From contig NZ_CP021255.1 in the NCBI RefSeq assembly GCF_002952055.1, forward strand, positions 806,851-870,850: a DNA stretch of 64,000 nt, in the 5' to 3' direction. This document shows positions 59,297 through 64,000 of this stretch, in pieces. The DNA is from Desulfobulbus oralis. Its GTDB lineage: Bacteria; Desulfobacterota; Desulfobulbia; Desulfobulbales; Desulfobulbaceae. The notes under the pieces were generated by a model. That model worked only from the letters and a program-made list of their open reading frames with translations. It was not told the origin of the DNA and did not search any database. Position 1 is the first letter of the stretch. Every line of letters begins with the position of its first letter. Position numbers and translations under genes: made by a program.

Positions 59297-60312
59297 GCCC
59301 GTACAGGAAAGGAGCCGAGAGGATCAAGAAGTTCAAGCAGCAGAACTTCAAAAACCAGGGCTGGGTTACAGTTGCGGGAAAGGGCGTCCAGCGCCTTTTC
59401 GATGGCTGTAACTTTAGCAGATAATTGCTCTGTATTCCAGACTTCTCTGATGGCCGCCAGGGCAGGGTCGGCTTGTCCGGGCGGTGGGCAGCCAAGCCGG
59501 CTGGCCAGCGCGTCTTTCAGGAGCGCGGCAAGGGGCCTGAGCAGCAGCTCGCCGAACCCTTTGTGTTCGTGCAGCCGGCCTGCCAGGATGAGCGCCCGCT
59601 GCACCCGCTCCGCCGGATTGCCGTGGTACTCGCCCAGGGCTGCCGTCAGGTCATGGTACAGGGGGCGCATGGCGTCCTGGGCCATGCCGATCGCCAGGCC
59701 GGGACAGCCGCCGCTCAAGCGGGCCAGTTCAAGGGATTCTGCCGGCGAAAGTCCCGGGTTCCGGCCCGCGATCACCTCGGCCGCGAGTCGTACTGGCAGG
59801 GCCTGCAGGGGGATCAGCTGGCAGCGGGAGCGGATGGTGGGCAGGATGCCGGCATTATCGTCTGCTGTCAGGAGCAGCAGGTTGCCGTCCGGCGGTTCCT
59901 CCAGAATTTTCAGCAGGCTGTTGGCCGCAGCCGCCTGCATGGTATGGGCCCCGTGAATCAGCACGACCCGGAGCGCCCCTTCCAGAGGCGGAAAGCCCAA
60001 AGCTTCCTTCATCCCCCGGATGCGGTCGATCCGGATGCCCTGGCCGTCCGCTTCGATCACGGCAAAGTCCGGATGATTGCCGCCTGCCATCTGGCGACAG
60101 GATGGACAAAGGCCGCAGCCCGCAGCCTCTGGATCCGCCTGCCCGTTCCGGCACAGCAGGGACTTGGCGAATGCCCTGGCGAGCGTTGTTTTGCCGCAGC
60201 CTTTTGGGCCGGTGAAGAGATAGGCATGGGCCAGCCGCCCGTGCCGCCGCGCGCGAGAGAGCAGGCGCAGGGCCTTGTCCTGACCGACGACGCTAAATCC
60301 GCTCATGCTCAT
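59293..60312 (-). CDS. holB: DNA polymerase III delta-prime subunit.
   Basis: The N-terminus reads HAYLFTGPKGCGKTTLARAFAKSLLC (AAA+ Walker A), followed by a zinc module CGLCPSCRQ. Confidence 0.8.
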   Translation of the reverse strand: MSMSGFSVVGQDKALRLLSRARRHGRLAHAYLFTGPKGCGKTTLARAFAKSLLCRNGQADPEAAGCGLCPSCRQMAGGNHPDFAVIEADGQGIRIDRIRGMKEALGFPPLEGALRVVLIHGAHTMQAAAANSLLKILEEPPDGNLLLLTADDNAGILPTIRSRCQLIPLQALPVRLAAEVIAGRNPGLSPAESLELARLSGGCPGLAIGMAQDAMRPLYHDLTAALGEYHGNPAERVQRALILAGRLHEHKGFGELLLRPLAALLKDALASRLGCPPPGQADPALAAIREVWNTEQLSAKVTAIEKALDALSRNCNPALVFEVLLLELLDPLGSFPVRA

Positions 60313-60324
60313 CTCCCTGGCGCC

Positions 60325-61581
60325 TTAAAAGAGGCCAAGCTGCCGGGAATCGTCCTGCTTTTCCGGCTGACTTTTTTTCTTTGCCGTCCGATTCCCATGT
60401 CCGCTGTCCGGCTGCCTGTGCAGGCGCTGACGCAAGTACTCCGGCAGCCTGGGCGAGCCAGGCAGCCTGCCTAGCCGTCGCAGGCGCCGCGTGGGGGCTG
60501 GCAATGGGCACGAGGGCAGGGCCCTTGCCGCTCCGGCAGGCTGGGACGGCGCTGCAGTGGCCGTGGGAGCCCGTCGCTCCTTTGGCGCTGCGCCCTGCAG
60601 ATACAAAAAGCGTTCCAGCGGCTTCTGGTAGGCGCTCCACTGGTAGCTGTCGGGCGGCATTTCGGCCTGCAGCCCGGCCACCACGTTCATCTTGGCATCC
60701 AGGTCGTCAATGTGGTGCAGAACCAGCGCCTCGGCAGTCATGGGCAAAACCGGTGAACCGAATTCAAGCTGGCCGTGATGGCTCAAAATGAGATGCGCCA
60801 CCTGGTCTTCCAGCTCCTGCGGCAGCTTGATCTGGATCGCGGCCTGGTGCAGCATGGCCACCCCCATGACGAGGTGGCCCAGCAGGCGGCCCCGGTCGGT
60901 GTAGTCGATGGGCGGCCGTGGACCGGTAAATTCCTCCGTTTTTGCGATGTCGTGCAGCAAGACCCCGGTCATGAGCAGATCGGCGTTCAGGGCGGGATAA
61001 TTGGCGGCCACGGCCAGTGCCAGCCTGGCCATGGAAAGCGTGTGTTCCGCCAGACCGCCCTGGTAGGCGTGGTGCATCCGCTTGGCAGCAGGCGCGGTAA
61101 GGAAGCGGGCGAGTGTGTCGCCGCTGAAGATGCTTTCCAGCAGGGCGCGCAGTTCCGCGCTCTGCACGCCTGCAATGTGGGCTTGCAGCTCGGCCGCCAT
61201 ATCGGCCCCATTCCGCTCGCTGGTCGGGAAGAAATCCGCCGGGTTCAGGCCGGCTTCATCCACCGCTTTCAGGTTCGCCAGTTTGAATTGCAGTTGGCCG
61301 CCGAACTGCTCCACGGTGGCGCTCACCCGGACAAAGGCGCCCTCCCTGGCCTGCGGGGCAAAGAACTCTGCCCTGTCCCAAAGCCGGGCTTCAATTGCAC
61401 CGCTGCTGTCCATAAGCGTCAGGGCCAGATAGGGCTTGCCGCTCCGGGTTTCGGCCACCATGCTGCGGCTGACCAGAAAGACCGCATTGATCTGCTGGCC
61501 CTCCTGCACCTGACGCACAAAAACATGAGGCTCCTGTCCTGTCTCGAGCTGCGCCGTTCTGCCGGTATCGAATGAGTTCAT
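60325..61581 (-). CDS. yhaM: 3'-5' exoribonuclease YhaM (OB-fold plus HD domain) with an extended basic low-complexity C-terminus.
   Basis: The HD domain reads LLHDIAK...HLILSHHGQLEFGSPV, and an OB fold precedes it. A C-terminal tail of about 100 residues is rich in Pro, Ala and Arg. Confidence 0.7.
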   Translation of the reverse strand: MNSFDTGRTAQLETGQEPHVFVRQVQEGQQINAVFLVSRSMVAETRSGKPYLALTLMDSSGAIEARLWDRAEFFAPQAREGAFVRVSATVEQFGGQLQFKLANLKAVDEAGLNPADFFPTSERNGADMAAELQAHIAGVQSAELRALLESIFSGDTLARFLTAPAAKRMHHAYQGGLAEHTLSMARLALAVAANYPALNADLLMTGVLLHDIAKTEEFTGPRPPIDYTDRGRLLGHLVMGVAMLHQAAIQIKLPQELEDQVAHLILSHHGQLEFGSPVLPMTAEALVLHHIDDLDAKMNVVAGLQAEMPPDSYQWSAYQKPLERFLYLQGAAPKERRAPTATAAPSQPAGAARALPSCPLPAPTRRLRRLGRLPGSPRLPEYLRQRLHRQPDSGHGNRTAKKKSQPEKQDDSRQLGLF

Positions 61582-61619
61582 AGCGGCGGTTCCTGTGGAT
61601 AAAAAATACAACTATATTA

Positions 61620-63260
61620 CTAGGGATTCTTCTTATAGAGGGATGCGAGCTTGTAGCCATCCTGCCATAGGGTATAGATCTCGGAATAACCAGGCACTTG
61701 ATAAGTGTTGCCTATAATATTCCTATAATCTACAAATAAATAATCATAATCATTGATAACCCAAGTGATCCGTTTGAGTGCTTTTGAGTTCAAAGATACC
61801 AAGCCAACAGGTTCAAACTTGACCTTCAGTTTTTCGCTGTTGTCATGTTTCAGCATATAACTGTATATTTCCTTGCGACCATGACCGGCACGATTATTCT
61901 CAGCACCATATTTCATGCCAATGATATTGTACATGGCCTGTTCGTAGGGATGATTCTTGATCATTCTGGCAATACTTCCCAGGAATCCAAGGGACATGAG
62001 AAGCGGTATAATAAATAAAATATACTTTGATTTTTGTGCAACTTTTGAGTTTGCGACAATCTCTTGCAGCATCTGTATGCCGGCTGCAGCAATTACGACA
62101 AATGCCGGATACAGAATATACATGTGTCGCCATCTACCATATATCTTTATATGAAATACTATTTGAAATATAAAAAGGATAAAAAACAAACCCATATAAA
62201 CCCAGAGAAATCGATATCTGACAAAATTCTCAAATTTTCTTCCTTTAAAGGTGTTGAATATAATTAATATCGTACCAATGAGAAAGGCAATAATGGTATA
62301 AACGGGAATTGTCAACAGCATATACACGGGGAGGTAATACCAGGGCATGTCTTCCCATTTACCTACTTTTCCCATGAATTCCATGGTGTCATTCCAGTTG
62401 GGAAAATTGAGGGCGCTGTTGATAGTGTAGAGCAGGGTTTCGCCAGGATTTAACCAATAAACCGGCATAACAATATAATAAATTGCACAAAAAATTATAA
62501 TTAACCAGACGAGAGAAAAATTTGTCGTTAATCCCCTCTTTAAGCGAGGATTCAACCATGATTTAATATCATTATTTGATTTTAAAAATACTATATCTTC
62601 AACTATTGCATATGTAATATATGTTGGTATTAAAATAACCCCGTAAAAACGAATTGTTGTTGCCAGTGCGGTAAACAAGGCAAAGAGTAATAAATATATG
62701 TTATTTTCTCTGTTTTTCATTAATTTTATCATGAAAAAACAGGCAATAATATAGATTGAAACAAACAAGCCATCTTTAATATTGGTGATTGATTGAGCAT
62801 ATAAATTATAATGCAGATGCTCCATCAATACGCCTGCCAGGGCAATTAATTTGTTTGCTAGAATTTCTTTTAAGGTAAAATAAAAACAAATCAAAGCGAT
62901 AAAATATATTATAAAGCAATATAAATGTCTATTTATCAAAGATTTATAAAATGATGTCTTAAATCCTTTCAGATCCTCAATAAAAATAATGGGTAGTTGA
63001 AAAAACATCCCGTATTGTCTGTCACGCCATTCTGGAAGCTCAGGCAGATTTCTGGCCGAGATCACCGGAACTTCCCGATGAAAGAGCAGGTCGTTTATGT
63101 ATTCGTAGGTGATGAAGCCGCTGATCCGTTCCACCGCGGCATCACCAAAGATGTCATAGTCTTCATAGGTGCCAATACCGACGATGAAAATAGTGAGAAA
63201 GGTCGCCACAATGAGCCATGATGTCGCTTTGCCCCGCTCAATGAAACCCTGTCCACTCAT
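61620..63260 (-). CDS. Polytopic membrane protein, probably a GT-C-fold glycosyltransferase (ArnT/PMT-like). The gene is only about 30% GC.
   Basis: The protein is 546 aa with more than 11 predicted transmembrane helices. An acidic YEDYD motif sits in the first extracytoplasmic loop, and a C-terminal soluble domain of about 120 aa follows. Its strongly AT-biased codon usage is unlike every flanking gene. ATG 63260 is preceded by GGGGAAAG. Confidence 0.55.
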   Translation of the reverse strand: MSGQGFIERGKATSWLIVATFLTIFIVGIGTYEDYDIFGDAAVERISGFITYEYINDLLFHREVPVISARNLPELPEWRDRQYGMFFQLPIIFIEDLKGFKTSFYKSLINRHLYCFIIYFIALICFYFTLKEILANKLIALAGVLMEHLHYNLYAQSITNIKDGLFVSIYIIACFFMIKLMKNRENNIYLLLFALFTALATTIRFYGVILIPTYITYAIVEDIVFLKSNNDIKSWLNPRLKRGLTTNFSLVWLIIIFCAIYYIVMPVYWLNPGETLLYTINSALNFPNWNDTMEFMGKVGKWEDMPWYYLPVYMLLTIPVYTIIAFLIGTILIIFNTFKGRKFENFVRYRFLWVYMGLFFILFIFQIVFHIKIYGRWRHMYILYPAFVVIAAAGIQMLQEIVANSKVAQKSKYILFIIPLLMSLGFLGSIARMIKNHPYEQAMYNIIGMKYGAENNRAGHGRKEIYSYMLKHDNSEKLKVKFEPVGLVSLNSKALKRITWVINDYDYLFVDYRNIIGNTYQVPGYSEIYTLWQDGYKLASLYKKNP

Positions 63261-63324
63261 ACATCTTTCCCCACTTATTGAAATACCGGCTTTCTTTGCC
63301 TGTTACGGAATCCAGCAGCAGGCC

Positions 63325-64000
<676 letters not shown>

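Overview
This window is a high-GC (about 62-65% GC) chromosomal segment that looks deltaproteobacterial (Desulfovibrionaceae-like). It is densely packed with housekeeping genes on both strands. Starting from a partial LL-diaminopimelate aminotransferase at the left edge, it carries: pgpA-fmt-def, plsY, metF, a Tat-exported MepK-like peptidase, dgkA, a CDF transporter, aroK, cobT, rubrerythrin, aroC, aspS-hisS, pcnB, a TRAP transporter (dctPQM-like), the livKHMGF ABC transporter, a flotillin, a carboxyspermidine (CANSDH-CANSDC) plus agmatinase polyamine operon, a GT4 glycosyltransferase, a FabB-type KAS, a carbon-nitrogen hydrolase/RfaE-II fusion protein, trmO, mutM, a PPTase, cvpA, rmlD-rmlA, manB-manC, a PilZ protein divergent from glnA, one tRNA-Met(CAT), yggT-yggU with a divergent TIM-like protein, metG, PSP1-holB-yhaM, and a partial ychF at the right edge. 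I found no CRISPR array, prophage, integrase or recognisable defence system. The accessory content is: (i) a nested IS pile-up at about 11.3-12.9 kb, in which an 821-bp IS5-family (IS427-group) element flanked by a TA duplication sits inside a degenerate DUF772-type transposase pseudogene, with an intact A6G slippery site but a frameshifted orfA; (ii) a 1.6-kb gene of about 30% GC for a polytopic GT-C-like membrane protein, inserted between yhaM and ychF; and (iii) several unusual multidomain proteins and structured intergenic regions. Many long ORFs in the six-frame track are GC-rich antisense artefacts and were not called. Where the real start lies inside a track ORF, I placed it by homology and ribosome-binding-site position.
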